From the IMG/VR virus record IMGVR_UViG_3300025413_000016: a stretch of 64,000 nucleotides of DNA; one strand, 5' to 3'. The position numbers and the translations under genes are program-made. Shown here in pieces: positions 20,876 to 30,808 of this stretch. Under the pieces are notes generated by a model that ran no database searches, was not told where the DNA came from, and saw nothing but the letters and a program-made list of their open reading frames with translations. Position 1 is the stretch's first letter. Each line of letters opens with the position of its first letter. This stretch comes from an uncultured virus (IMG/VR IMGVR_UViG_3300025413_000016) (lineage: Duplodnaviria > Heunggongvirae > Uroviricota > Caudoviricetes).

Positions 20876-21595
20876 TTAGCTCTGCTGACGGTACGTTCTT
20901 CTCTGACCGGTCTGCGTAAGGTTACCTGAGTAGCTAGCGAAGTAACCAGCGTACTGTTGTGTTTGAGAACCACCATCAGGGCCGTTACCGGTGAAGATCT
21001 GACGGATCTGAGTTTGAACAACGTTTGCACCACTCAAGGTACCGTTGTTATTGATGACAAGCTGACCAGCGTAACCAACCTGGTATGAGTGACCAGTTAC
21101 GTCGTCAACCCAGTTTGGAGTAGCGTTGGGAGTACCAACGTAGCTTGGGTAAGCGTTAGCTTCTGTACCAGTACCCGATGCAGCGGTAATGGTAGTCGTA
21201 CCACCAACACCACTGATCACAGTCAAAACAGCACCAGAAGGCACAATAATGCTTGTTGTTGTAGCGTTTAGGTAGTTAGCACCACCAGCATTTACAAAGA
21301 ATGTTGTACCGCTCAGAGGACCAGCTGCCAAGGCAGTGACCAACTGGTTAACGGTGTTACCTGTGGCAGTACCAGTAATGGTTGTAGTAACCAAACCATT
21401 GCTACCACTAATAACAAAGCTGGTGTTGTTTGCGGGGACTGAAAGCTCGAGGATACCGCTTGCGGTGAACAAAGCGTTAACCATGATAGCGTTATCAACC
21501 GGGGGGTTGACAGCACCAGGTGTAATACCAGCACGTGTCAGGTTACGAAGCGTAACCTTTGTAGCTTGCTCGTTAGGAAGGTTTGGTGTTGCCAT
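20876..21595 (-). CDS. Putative virion structural protein
   Basis: 239 aa, T/G/S-rich, in the capsid operon. Confidence 0.55.
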   Translation of the reverse strand: MATPNLPNEQATKVTLRNLTRAGITPGAVNPPVDNAIMVNALFTASGILELSVPANNTSFVISGSNGLVTTTITGTATGNTVNQLVTALAAGPLSGTTFFVNAGGANYLNATTTSIIVPSGAVLTVISGVGGTTTITAASGTGTEANAYPSYVGTPNATPNWVDDVTGHSYQVGYAGQLVINNNGTLSGANVVQTQIRQIFTGNGPDGGSQTQQYAGYFASYSGNLTQTGQRRTYRQQS

Positions 21596-21596
21596 G

Positions 21597-21866
21597 TTAG
21601 AATCCTCTCACGGTTGTGTTGTATTGGTCGTTTTGGAAAACGAATCCGGTGTTGCTTTGACCAACCCAACCATTACCATTCAAGGTAGGTTGTGCGTAGC
21701 CACCGCTAACGGTACCGGCGAAGGTCTGTGGGACCCAGACTGCGAACCATGGCTGGTTGTAGATTGTTGTACCGCTAAGTACCGTACCACTGGGGATAAT
21801 TGCACCCAATGGCCCAGCAGCAGCCTCAACAACAGGCTTCACTGTGTTCTTGATCTCATCGCTCAT
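21597..21866 (-). CDS. Small putative virion protein
   Basis: 89 aa with AAGGAG RBS. Confidence 0.55.
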   Translation of the reverse strand: MSDEIKNTVKPVVEAAAGPLGAIIPSGTVLSGTTIYNQPWFAVWVPQTFAGTVSGGYAQPTLNGNGWVGQSNTGFVFQNDQYNTTVRGF

Positions 21867-21908
21867 TTAAGCTCCTTATGAAGGTGGAGCTTCTCAGTCC
21901 ACCGGTTG

Positions 21909-22475
21909 TTATACGTTCTTAGGCTTCGGAGTACTAGTACTGCTCTTCCAAATCTGTTCCCATGTCTGAGCTGGGCCTTTAGGCTCTGCTTCGTCAGGGA
22001 GAGGAATCTTGTAAAGACCTGTGTTTTCGCTAGCTCCTGCAGCAAGGCTCTCACGGAGGTGATCCATGTGGCTCTCGCTTGTGCTGTTCTCATCTCTAAG
22101 TTCAGCGATCTTACCTTCGGCCTCTTCAGCTGTAATGAAGGCAATACGTCCACGTTGTACGGCTCTCAACAGGTATGGATCCTTGCGAATCTCTTCAGCA
22201 ACAGGCTGGATGCTACCGTGGTAACCAGCGCCATTCAGCTTGAAGCTGCCCTTGTCGCTAGAAAACACTGTTGATCCTGCCATTAGGTTTTCAATCCAGT
22301 CTGCAGTCTTAATATCTTGCAATTCCTTAAAAGCAACAGGAGCACGCTTTTGGAGTGCTGCTGCTCTGTCGGCTGGATCAGGTCTGTGGTCTTCGAAGTG
22401 TCCACCCAGATCCACTACTGGAACTGGGGTACTTTCTGAACCCGTGTCGCTTGATTTTGATACTGTTCTTGCCAT
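21909..22475 (-). CDS. Hypothetical protein downstream of major capsid
   Basis: 188 aa with AAGGAG RBS. Confidence 0.65.
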   Translation of the reverse strand: MARTVSKSSDTGSESTPVPVVDLGGHFEDHRPDPADRAAALQKRAPVAFKELQDIKTADWIENLMAGSTVFSSDKGSFKLNGAGYHGSIQPVAEEIRKDPYLLRAVQRGRIAFITAEEAEGKIAELRDENSTSESHMDHLRESLAAGASENTGLYKIPLPDEAEPKGPAQTWEQIWKSSTSTPKPKNV

Positions 22476-22561
22476 TTTGTTTTTCTCCTTGTTTCAAGGC
22501 AATGTGCACATTTTGCACACTGCTAACAGATCTAGGAAATCTGTAGGTACTACGAGTTCTA

Positions 22562-22616
22562 TACGAGTGCCGGGGGCGATATGCTTTGCAGGCAGGGATC
22601 GTCCCCCCGGCTCGTA
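22562..22616 (-). terminator. GC-rich stem-loop after the major capsid gene (terminator/stabiliser)
   Basis: TACGAG-CCGGGGG...CCCCCGG-CA-CTCGTA stem 13 nt after the stop codon; no clear U tract. Confidence 0.5.
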
Positions 22617-22628
22617 CGGCTGTTAAGA

Positions 22629-23645
22629 CTAAGCCTTAACGATCTTGCCCAAACCACGGGGGTTGAGAACGATCTCGGAAACGAGCTCGTCCATGACCCA
22701 ACCCTTGTGGAACTTCTCGGGCGTGTGGTTCTCTTCGACGTCGAGCGAGTACATGACGGGGAACACACCGAGGAACTCGGGGCTGGGGGTCATGTAGACA
22801 GTACCCTGAGGCACTTCGATCGAACGCTGAACCTGGAAACCACCGAACTGCACGATGCGCTCACCAGCAACAACACGGTCCTTGAAGGCCCAACCGGTCT
22901 GGTTGATGTCCCACTTGTAGAGGTCACGGTAGTCGATGGGGTTGAACAACAGTCTCGAAGCTTCCAACTGGTGGACTTCGATGAGTGCAACGAGGTCGTA
23001 CAGCGAGTCAGGGGTGATGTAACCCGAGAGCTCGTTAACGATGTGGTTAGGCGATACAACGTGGTTGGGGTCAACCGCGTAGTTGTTGATAGCAGCCTCG
23101 AGCACAGTGATCAAACGGGCGTCTTCCTGCATCATGATTGCCTGCTTGGACATGTCCTGGGCGTACTCCACGATGTTCACGCGGAGGTACCACAGGTCTT
23201 CCTTCTTAATCTGGGGGAAGGTAGCGATACGGAACAAGCGGACTGGAACCTTCTTACCTTCGAAGGGGGTCACACGGACTTCACCTTCGTTACCGGAAAG
23301 AATGTAAGCCTGACCGTACTCGTCCAAGACGTCGTACATGACGGGAACACCAGGAGTGAGTGGGTCTTCCAGCAGGACGTTACGGGTCATACCCTGGTAA
23401 CGGAGCTTAAGCTGGATAGGACCAATCATACCCTGACCCAAACGGACCATGTAGTTGTCCTTGTCGGCAAGGATGCCAGCGAGGCGACGTTGCTTCTCTT
23501 CACGGGTAGCAGTCTTACGACCAGTAGCCGAAGCGAGACGCTCTTGAGCCTCTACAATGCCAGCGACGTAGTCGTCTGACTTCTTGGCTGTACGGGGAGC
23601 AAGGTGCTCAGCAACAGCGCCATTAGGAGTAATTGACATTTTCAT
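22629..23645 (-). CDS. Major capsid protein (HK97 fold)
   Basis: 338 aa; strong GC3 codon bias; order protease-scaffold-decoration-MCP; C-terminal GWVMDELVSEIVLNPRG. Confidence 0.85.
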   Translation of the reverse strand: MKMSITPNGAVAEHLAPRTAKKSDDYVAGIVEAQERLASATGRKTATREEKQRRLAGILADKDNYMVRLGQGMIGPIQLKLRYQGMTRNVLLEDPLTPGVPVMYDVLDEYGQAYILSGNEGEVRVTPFEGKKVPVRLFRIATFPQIKKEDLWYLRVNIVEYAQDMSKQAIMMQEDARLITVLEAAINNYAVDPNHVVSPNHIVNELSGYITPDSLYDLVALIEVHQLEASRLLFNPIDYRDLYKWDINQTGWAFKDRVVAGERIVQFGGFQVQRSIEVPQGTVYMTPSPEFLGVFPVMYSLDVEENHTPEKFHKGWVMDELVSEIVLNPRGLGKIVKA

Positions 23646-23657
23646 GTTCCTTTCAGA

Positions 23658-24188
23658 TTAAGCCTGTGCACCGAATGGTACGAGGCGGATAACGATCTGG
23701 GTGGGGCTGATCACGTCAATCAACTCAGCGATAGGCTGGAAGCACAGAGTACCGGAAGTGGCACTTGTGTTCTGGTTTGACGTAAGCTGACCGGTACCAG
23801 AAGCGGCGTACAGGAACTGACGAGTACCGTTCGTAGGAACGTTGTACTGCTGAGTCGTGTCAAAAGCAGGAGCCGTGATCGTGAAGAAGGCGTTAGAACC
23901 ACCGAGCCACACAGCCCATGCGTTGACGCCAACCTGAGTCACATCGTCAATGTTGGGGTTGCGGTCAAGACACGACAGACCAAAGACACGTGCACCAGAA
24001 ACGGTAGCACCCGAGCCAGCATTGGCAACGGTGTCAGGACCAGTACGGTACATGGCCATACCCGAGTAGATGTTCGTGGTGTCCGAAGGATCCAGGAACG
24101 TGTTATAGGGTGTAGCTTCGTACTTTTCGTACAATGGGGTGCACGTACGGTGAACCCCAACGTTAGCTACGCTATTAAGTTGCAGCAT
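23658..24188 (-). CDS. Capsid decoration protein
   Basis: 176 aa just upstream of the MCP gene, similar codon bias, beta-rich. Confidence 0.65.
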   Translation of the reverse strand: MLQLNSVANVGVHRTCTPLYEKYEATPYNTFLDPSDTTNIYSGMAMYRTGPDTVANAGSGATVSGARVFGLSCLDRNPNIDDVTQVGVNAWAVWLGGSNAFFTITAPAFDTTQQYNVPTNGTRQFLYAASGTGQLTSNQNTSATSGTLCFQPIAELIDVISPTQIVIRLVPFGAQA

Positions 24189-24219
24189 ATTTTCTTTCTC
24201 CTGTTAGTAGGGGATTTGG

Positions 24220-25833
24220 TTATAGTGTCATCAGCCAATCGTCAGACTGAATGTCCTGACGAGTAACTGTTGAGGCCGTTGTCAACCGACCCATTTCTGG
24301 CAATGAGTTATTACCCTTTGCCACTTTCTGGCTCCGGGGTTGACGAGCCCCAGACTCTTCAAACAGCTCCATCGAAGCTACAAAACCTGCTAGCTTAGAT
24401 TCGGACATCTGTTCAAACTTTGCGATGTGCTTAGCACGATCGTCGTGATTGACCATACCCATCTTTTCAAGGCGGTCAACAACCTCAATAGCAGCGAAGA
24501 TCTTTTCGCGGCTAGCTTGTACAGCAGCAACTGTACCTGCGTAAGGAGCAATGGCAGGGTTGGTACCATCTTGGAAGTCAAGTTGCTGCTTGTGAGGGCC
24601 ATTGCCAGGCTCGATGCCCGTCGTTCCACCATCGTTGTAGAATGGCACGTAGGCAGCATCCTCACCATTGACTTCCTGAGGAACCAACACGTTTGTGGTG
24701 TGGTTAGGCTGCATAACCTTTTGACGGTCCCAGACACCAGCCTGGTCGTCAAGGTCACGGACATCAACAACTTGAAGCGTTTCTTGGTTACCATTGGTAG
24801 CGTAGTAGTAAGAAGCTGTTGTTGGAGCTGGCTGACCATTGCAGTCGGGAATCTTGCAACCAGGACCGGTGCAACCACCCATGGCTTTATTTCTCTTTCT
24901 TTCTTCATGGGTTGCACCAAGACCGGCACCAATTGCAGCACCTGGGAAACCACCCAACAAACTACCGGCTGCAGCACCGGCTGCAGCGTCAACAACAGGA
25001 GACCAAGCAACTTTATCGAAAGAAGCCTTCTTCTTCTTTTTCTTCAAGAAGGCAGGCATGTCATCATCGTCATCTTCGTCTTCTTCGTCTTCTTCGTCTT
25101 CGTCCTTAGCAGACTTCTTGCAGTTCTTGCAGCCTTTGCCCTTGCAGACACACTTCTTCTTCTTGGCAGCAGTCTTCTTGTCGTCCTCGTCGCCATCGTC
25201 TTCTTTTTCTTCTTTGTCGTCTTCACCAGTGGCAGCGACCTTGATGTCCTCAAGAAGACCCTCAAGTGACTTAAGATCAGCAGAGGCTTGACGGTAGTCA
25301 CCGTAAGTAGCAAGGTCATTCTCAATGTCAACAACAATGCTTGCAACTGTACCGATGACTTGGTTAACGGTGTCATCTGAGCTAGCAAAACGCATAACAG
25401 TTGAAGCTTCGTTAGCAGCAGTGATCAAGTTAGAGAAATCAAAGTCAACTTGCTCGCTAATAGCATTGCGAATGTCACGGCTAGCCTTGTACACCTGGTA
25501 CAAGCTTTCATCAATGACTTGTGTGCTGGCGTACATAGGCTGCTTCTCAGCCCAAACTGCGCTCGAGCCAGGACCACCCATAATCTCTCCTTCAAGATTA
25601 TCCAAGTTTCTAACGTCAACAACGTTAGGGCTAGTAGGCTGCAAAGCACCCCATGAACCAACCTCGTCTACTGGAGCAGCAGGAGCTTGGAACTGTCCAG
25701 GTGCTGGATCAGTGCCAACCAAACCAGTTTGGTCATACTCTTTTTGTCTTGGTGTGGTGGTCTTACCTTCACCCACACTATTCTGATAAGCATTGTTCGC
25801 TTGTCTGACCAGTTCGTTGTCGAAACGGCTCAT
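24220..25833 (-). CDS. Capsid scaffolding protein / polyprotein
   Basis: 537 aa; acidic and basic tracts, internal repeat VVDVRxLD, many [KR]xA motifs; between protease and MCP. Confidence 0.65.
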   Translation of the reverse strand: MSRFDNELVRQANNAYQNSVGEGKTTTPRQKEYDQTGLVGTDPAPGQFQAPAAPVDEVGSWGALQPTSPNVVDVRNLDNLEGEIMGGPGSSAVWAEKQPMYASTQVIDESLYQVYKASRDIRNAISEQVDFDFSNLITAANEASTVMRFASSDDTVNQVIGTVASIVVDIENDLATYGDYRQASADLKSLEGLLEDIKVAATGEDDKEEKEDDGDEDDKKTAAKKKKCVCKGKGCKNCKKSAKDEDEEDEEDEDDDDDMPAFLKKKKKKASFDKVAWSPVVDAAAGAAAGSLLGGFPGAAIGAGLGATHEERKRNKAMGGCTGPGCKIPDCNGQPAPTTASYYYATNGNQETLQVVDVRDLDDQAGVWDRQKVMQPNHTTNVLVPQEVNGEDAAYVPFYNDGGTTGIEPGNGPHKQQLDFQDGTNPAIAPYAGTVAAVQASREKIFAAIEVVDRLEKMGMVNHDDRAKHIAKFEQMSESKLAGFVASMELFEESGARQPRSQKVAKGNNSLPEMGRLTTASTVTRQDIQSDDWLMTL

Positions 25834-26528
25834 TGTTGCTCCTCGCTATTTTCTGCGTCTTGGGGTTGTGCTTGAAGAGCTGCGTCTTGTAGTTGCATGC
25901 TTCTCATACGAGTAGTTGCATCCATTGAAGCTGCTGCTGCATCGTTTAGAATTGCACCAGGATCATTTTGTTCCTTAGCACTATTCTTTTTTAATTTAGT
26001 TTTTGTATTCTGAATTGCTAATTCCGCTGGGCTTGGAAAGTTGCGACCTCTGTCAACTTTTTTTCTCCACCTAGGATCTATACCCAGGAACTTGGGTCTT
26101 TTAAATCCTGTTGCACCAGCAATTTCTTTCATACATTTAGGATTTGTGCATTGCCCTGAAATTTCACCTTTTTTCAAAGAATCATTTTCAAAAGTAATTT
26201 CACCACATTCTGGACATTTAACCTTTGTTGCAGCCGAAGACGGGAACATATCAGTAAATGCCAAACTTCTATAAGCAGCTTTTGACATTTCATTTTGCTC
26301 TGCAAGGCTTTGTTGCTGTTGCTTCATAACCTGCTCAATGCCCATAGCTTTTTGCCATTCAGCAATTGCTTCTTGGACACGAGGATCAATGAAAGCACAG
26401 TCTGGACAGATACCGTCTCTGTAACCGTTGCTCTGGCACTGAGGGCAGTCACCGAGAACAGTAATTGGTACCTTAATTACTTCCAATGCATACTTCTTAA
26501 TTTCTTCAGATACTTTAAGAATAGGCAT
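25830..26528 (-). CDS. Zn-finger head-associated protein (start refined to ATG 26528)
   Basis: CPQC...CPDC and CPEC...CTNPKC motifs. Confidence 0.6.
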   Translation of the reverse strand: MPILKVSEEIKKYALEVIKVPITVLGDCPQCQSNGYRDGICPDCAFIDPRVQEAIAEWQKAMGIEQVMKQQQQSLAEQNEMSKAAYRSLAFTDMFPSSAATKVKCPECGEITFENDSLKKGEISGQCTNPKCMKEIAGATGFKRPKFLGIDPRWRKKVDRGRNFPSPAELAIQNTKTKLKKNSAKEQNDPGAILNDAAAASMDATTRMRSMQLQDAALQAQPQDAENSEEQQ

Positions 26529-26530
26529 TG

Positions 26531-27190
26531 TTAGTAACGCTTCTTTTGTAGCAACCAAGCTGATTCGTCTGCTGGCTCAAAAACAAAGCTCAACTCAAAA
26601 AAGTTTGGTTTAATGCAGCTCTCGTAAACAAGACTTTCAATTCTCTTTCCAGCTTTGTATACGGTAACCGTACGTCCTTTAAGACGAGGGATGTGGGTGC
26701 AGTATTCAGCTGGTTTGCTAGCGTACTTACCGCAAGCTGAGCACTGCGTACCTTCTACGTCAGCACCCATACTGACAGCGTTCAAGCTACCCTCCATAAT
26801 GGCATTGGCAAGCTTTGGGAAATTCTGTGCGTCTACTTCCATAAGGCAGTAAACACTGGCGTCTGTAGCACCTGAGGCAAGCTTGCTCTCACGGTATACA
26901 GCATCCAAAATTACACCTCGAGCACGATCTGGATCAGAGTTGTTGTGCTCTACGTAGATTGGGCGACCTATAAAAGTCTTATAACTTTTCTTAATTTGGT
27001 CTACAGGCCAACCATCGTAATTAGCGTTTACTCTGGAAGAGATGGCTCTAGAAACAGCATAAACAAAATTAGGTTCTGGTTTAAAATTGAAGTCATCAAG
27101 GGTAACATTGTGTAACTCAATAGGCTGACCAATACCGGCCAGCGTCTCTCTACCCTGTAGAGCAATTGAGGGTGCACCAAATTTAATCAT
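26531..27190 (-). CDS. Prohead (capsid maturation) serine protease
   Basis: PIYVEHN (His) and AVSMG (Ser) motifs, CSAC...YCTH Zn insert and FFELSFVFEPAD; HK97/herpes assemblin-like. Confidence 0.8.
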   Translation of the reverse strand: MIKFGAPSIALQGRETLAGIGQPIELHNVTLDDFNFKPEPNFVYAVSRAISSRVNANYDGWPVDQIKKSYKTFIGRPIYVEHNNSDPDRARGVILDAVYRESKLASGATDASVYCLMEVDAQNFPKLANAIMEGSLNAVSMGADVEGTQCSACGKYASKPAEYCTHIPRLKGRTVTVYKAGKRIESLVYESCIKPNFFELSFVFEPADESAWLLQKKRY

Positions 27191-27253
27191 CTGTAACCTT
27201 TTTTGCCTTAATAAGACTTTTACATCGTCTTTATAATAAATCTATGTTAAATA

Positions 27254-27649
27254 TTAATGGTGTAGATTGATTTCATCTTCTAATGCATCTACAAGATTGT
27301 GTACTTCTTTGCTTTGTTCTTTTTCAATCTCAAGGATTTGATTAATTTTTATAAGCAATTCTTCAATTGTTTCAAGGCTTTTGCGCAAAACTTTTGCATC
27401 TGCACGAGTTTGCTCGAACATACTTATACCAACAACAGATTCAATAAACAAAGCCATATAAGAGGCCCATACATTCCACCAGCTGATCACACCAATATCA
27501 AACGTTCCCCATACAGCACAGAACAATGTAATAAAAGTAATAGTGCCAATAAAATACCAATTACGAATAGAGAACTGAATTTTCCAAGAAATATGTTTGC
27601 CAAGGCCTATATCATCGCCCGTAATAGGGTGCCTGAATGTCCTTGCCAT
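27254..27649 (-). CDS. Membrane protein (DUF1003-like), candidate lysis accessory
   Basis: Two hydrophobic segments followed by a coiled coil. Confidence 0.55.
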   Translation of the reverse strand: MARTFRHPITGDDIGLGKHISWKIQFSIRNWYFIGTITFITLFCAVWGTFDIGVISWWNVWASYMALFIESVVGISMFEQTRADAKVLRKSLETIEELLIKINQILEIEKEQSKEVHNLVDALEDEINLHH

Positions 27650-27650
27650 G

Positions 27651-28028
27651 TTAGTCCTCGTCTTCGTGTGCTGCTCTTAATCCCTCGTGGTAGCCCAAGT
27701 GACGATCCATCATTTGGCCAATCTTGTCTACTTGCTTTTCAATCTGCATAAGGTGATCAACTTTATTTTCTAAACGATTCCACTGGTCTTTAGGGCTTGA
27801 TCCACCATTGGTTTTATACTGACTAAGAATTCTGTCAAACTTCTGATCCATATCTAACTTTGTATTCACTAACTCTTCTTCAATGCGTTGCAATTCTTTT
27901 GAGCTGTGGTGTGTAAAATACTTTTGAACCAATTTAGCTACAGCTGCAAGAGCACCTACAGTAAAAAATGCGTTGGCAATATAGCCAAACCATACGTTTG
28001 ATGTGTTAAAAAAAGAGGAGGCAAGCAT
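27651..28028 (-). CDS. Membrane-anchored coiled-coil protein (holin-associated type)
   Basis: N-terminal TM segment; TNGGSSPKD motif like the NGGSSxxD of actinophage lysis-region proteins. Confidence 0.55.
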   Translation of the reverse strand: MLASSFFNTSNVWFGYIANAFFTVGALAAVAKLVQKYFTHHSSKELQRIEEELVNTKLDMDQKFDRILSQYKTNGGSSPKDQWNRLENKVDHLMQIEKQVDKIGQMMDRHLGYHEGLRAAHEDED

Positions 28029-28216
28029 TAGTCCTCCAATTTTTCGTAGATACTGTTAGCAAGGTTCAGTTTGTGAGCGTTGCGACAGATCCGACCTTCA
28101 CCTTCTTTAATGATATCCATCTTGACAAGGGGGCTAACTACGTCAAGAAAACTAACCCGGTTAAAGGCAGTTTTTGGCAGCATGCGAGGCGTCTCGTTAT
28201 TAAACAGAGTGCTCAT
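28028..28216 (-). CDS. Hypothetical protein
   Basis: 62 aa with GGAG RBS, coupled to the next gene. Confidence 0.55.
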   Translation of the reverse strand: MSTLFNNETPRMLPKTAFNRVSFLDVVSPLVKMDIIKEGEGRICRNAHKLNLANSIYEKLED

Positions 28217-28268
28217 GAAAACTCCAAGGAAATTAGTGCGTCTATTAATTAGTGCATTTAATGGTTAT

Positions 28269-30602
28269 TTATAAATCTTCTTTTGTAGGATCAATTTGTC
28301 TACGAGCTGGTTGATCCATGCCACCTTCACCACTGCTGTGTTCGTCAAGGTTGGTTGGTTCTTGAATCATTGGCTCTTCAAGCATTGATGCAAGGTGTTT
28401 CTTAAATTCATCTTCATTGAATTTTTCGTATGAATTATCAACAATGATCTTCATACCAGAGGCAAGCTTCATGCGCTTACGCTTTCTCTGCTCAAATGGT
28501 ACGGCAAACTTCATGCGGTCACCGTATTCAACGCGGCCACTAAAGTCATCAAAGTCGTCCTCATCCCAGCCAGAAACAGATGCTGTCTTCTTCTTAGGTC
28601 CATTCTTAGGACCTTTCTTAGAAGGCTTAGGTTGATCCTTACGCTGTTCGTAGGAGACTTCAGGGCGTTGACGTTGTTGCTGTGCAGCCATTTCGTTAAC
28701 GCTTGGGTAAACCTGTGCACCAGCAGCGGCATCGCTATTGCCAGCAGTGTTTCCAGTCATGTTTGGAGCACTTGGAGGAGTAACGAGACCCGCCATAGCT
28801 CCTGGTGCAAGTTGTGCAGCGATGGCAGGATTTTCCATCATTGCTAGGTAGGCCTGGTATTCCTGTACATATTCTGGCGGGATAGGCAATTGAAGAACCA
28901 TTAAACGATTGAACAATTCTTTCTTGAACTGTTGTTCAGCAACAACCGTCTTAATTTTTTCTTCTTTACGGGCATGGATCTCATCATCAAAGTCAATTGG
29001 GATATTAACTGCAAGAGTACTGAGAGAAATTGGAAAGCCAGAAGCACTAAGCTGTTGCAAAAACCCACGCTCAACTGTTTCATCTCGCAAGTTCATTGAG
29101 CGGAAACGGACCTCAGGAATGGCCAGCTTGGGTCGTTCTTCAACATATTCAGCGCCAGTTTCTTCATCAACCATAAGAACAGTTTCCATAACAGGAACCA
29201 TTTGGCCGCCCACTTTACGCATCTCATAGTGACCTTGTCTTTCTGCCACTGGTTCCATGCGAGAACGAATAAACTTCTCAATCTTGTGCTGGTAAGTACT
29301 GAGCATTTGTGTAATGAGCTCACGGTTCAAAGCACCTGAAGCATACGTACCATTAGCACCACCTTGGATAAGGTCAGCACCGATACCAAAAACACCCATG
29401 ACGTTTGTCTGCACGCGCATGAAGTCTTGGTCAAGACGTGGCATTGACTCACGGCCAAACGCGTTCTGGATCTGCAAACCGTGGTGATACGTCATCAAAC
29501 GGAAGTCTGAGTTGATAGCCATAGACAAGTCATCACGCAATGACTGGAGCTCCATAGCGTCAGGAACCCATGGACCGTCTTGGTCTACATCAGGAAGACC
29601 AAGAGTAGCCAGAATAAGAGGACTGTAGAGACGGTCAGCAATAGCATCCTGGGCTGCATTGAGTGACTCTTCCAACATAAGCATACGGAAAGCACGTAGA
29701 AGAATAGGAGTACCATGTTCGCTCCAAGGGTTAGTCTTAAACTTGATTTGCTTCATGATGACATCGGAGACGGGGATCTCCTTGTCCTGTCGTGCCCACG
29801 CCACAACGTCTGGGTACATTTGCATAAGCATGGCATATTCTTGTGGAGGGTCACGACGTTCAATAAGTCGCTTGATCTCTTCAGGAACCTTTACGTGGAA
29901 CTGGTATGTTCTTAGAGCGCGATTCTTAGCAACAATAACGTCGTTAGGGTTGATGATCTCGTCTTCTTCCCATGCACCAATACCATCGTGCCAAGAACCC
30001 ATGGCAAACACTTCACCAACAGTCCAGTGCTCACGGCCAAGGTCAAACAAGAATTCGTTGTAGTTAAGACCATCAAAGAACAACTCATTATAAAAATCCG
30101 AGATACGCTTGTCTGGGTGAACCAGCTCTACGTCAAGGAGAGGGAAACGAGTGTAGATGTCAATAAGAGAAGGCACAAGGTGGTGAGTAGTATAAAGAAG
30201 ACGAGCCCAGTCACGAATTTTGCGTGTTTGCTCATCTGGGTCCTCCATGTTGAACCACCAGGTGCGCTCACGCCAGTATTCAAATGGGTCGTGGAGCTTA
30301 GGCCAAGCCCATTGAGCATCTGAACCAGTAGCTGCACCGGTTTTACGGTTGGCAGTACGTGCCATACCATTCTCAGCTATAAAGTCTTTACCAAGACCAT
30401 TTAGACGCTGTCTGCCCTCTGGTGGTCCACCCATTGCCATAGCCATAGGACCAATTTCATTAAGCATCGATCCACTAGTCTTAGCTCTATTGAGCATGTC
30501 ACGTGCAGCGACACGTCCAGCAATAGGGTTCTTAGGGAGAGTAATACCGGCTGTTCTCATGCGGTTAAACTCCGCAGAAGCACTCCAGTCGTTTGTAGCC
30601 AT
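28269..30602 (-). CDS. Portal protein
   Basis: 777 aa upstream of the protease; WSEHGTPILLRAF and GGANGTYASG portal-like motifs; long low-complexity C terminus. Confidence 0.8.
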   Translation of the reverse strand: MATNDWSASAEFNRMRTAGITLPKNPIAGRVAARDMLNRAKTSGSMLNEIGPMAMAMGGPPEGRQRLNGLGKDFIAENGMARTANRKTGAATGSDAQWAWPKLHDPFEYWRERTWWFNMEDPDEQTRKIRDWARLLYTTHHLVPSLIDIYTRFPLLDVELVHPDKRISDFYNELFFDGLNYNEFLFDLGREHWTVGEVFAMGSWHDGIGAWEEDEIINPNDVIVAKNRALRTYQFHVKVPEEIKRLIERRDPPQEYAMLMQMYPDVVAWARQDKEIPVSDVIMKQIKFKTNPWSEHGTPILLRAFRMLMLEESLNAAQDAIADRLYSPLILATLGLPDVDQDGPWVPDAMELQSLRDDLSMAINSDFRLMTYHHGLQIQNAFGRESMPRLDQDFMRVQTNVMGVFGIGADLIQGGANGTYASGALNRELITQMLSTYQHKIEKFIRSRMEPVAERQGHYEMRKVGGQMVPVMETVLMVDEETGAEYVEERPKLAIPEVRFRSMNLRDETVERGFLQQLSASGFPISLSTLAVNIPIDFDDEIHARKEEKIKTVVAEQQFKKELFNRLMVLQLPIPPEYVQEYQAYLAMMENPAIAAQLAPGAMAGLVTPPSAPNMTGNTAGNSDAAAGAQVYPSVNEMAAQQQRQRPEVSYEQRKDQPKPSKKGPKNGPKKKTASVSGWDEDDFDDFSGRVEYGDRMKFAVPFEQRKRKRMKLASGMKIIVDNSYEKFNEDEFKKHLASMLEEPMIQEPTNLDEHSSGEGGMDQPARRQIDPTKEDL

Positions 30603-30613
30603 TGGTTATCTTT

Positions 30614-30799
30614 CTAGAATGCCATGCAGCTGCAGGATTCAACGCCTGGGATTGCTTGGTGGCCGCAAGGGTAATTTGCACTTCTTGTAGCTCTAATAAT
30701 ACCACCAGATGTATTTTGTGCAATAGGATTGCCATTAAAATCAAAATTAGCGCCAACACGTCTAATAGCTGCTTGTCTAATGTTTTGTTGTCTTTCCAT
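30614..30799 (-). CDS. Small Cys-containing protein
   Basis: 61 aa with AAGGAG RBS; PCGH...CSC. Confidence 0.55.
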   Translation of the reverse strand: MERQQNIRQAAIRRVGANFDFNGNPIAQNTSGGIIRATRSANYPCGHQAIPGVESCSCMAF

Positions 30800-30808
30800 G
30801 GTTTCTCC

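Noticed and set aside
22581..23579. 332-aa plus-strand ORF and other antisense ORFs in 1-55 kb
   Set aside because: These shadow codon-biased minus-strand genes such as the MCP, and show no protein-like motifs.
25020..25225. TTC/GTC trinucleotide-like repeats
   Set aside because: They simply encode poly-Lys and Asp/Glu tracts of the scaffold protein.
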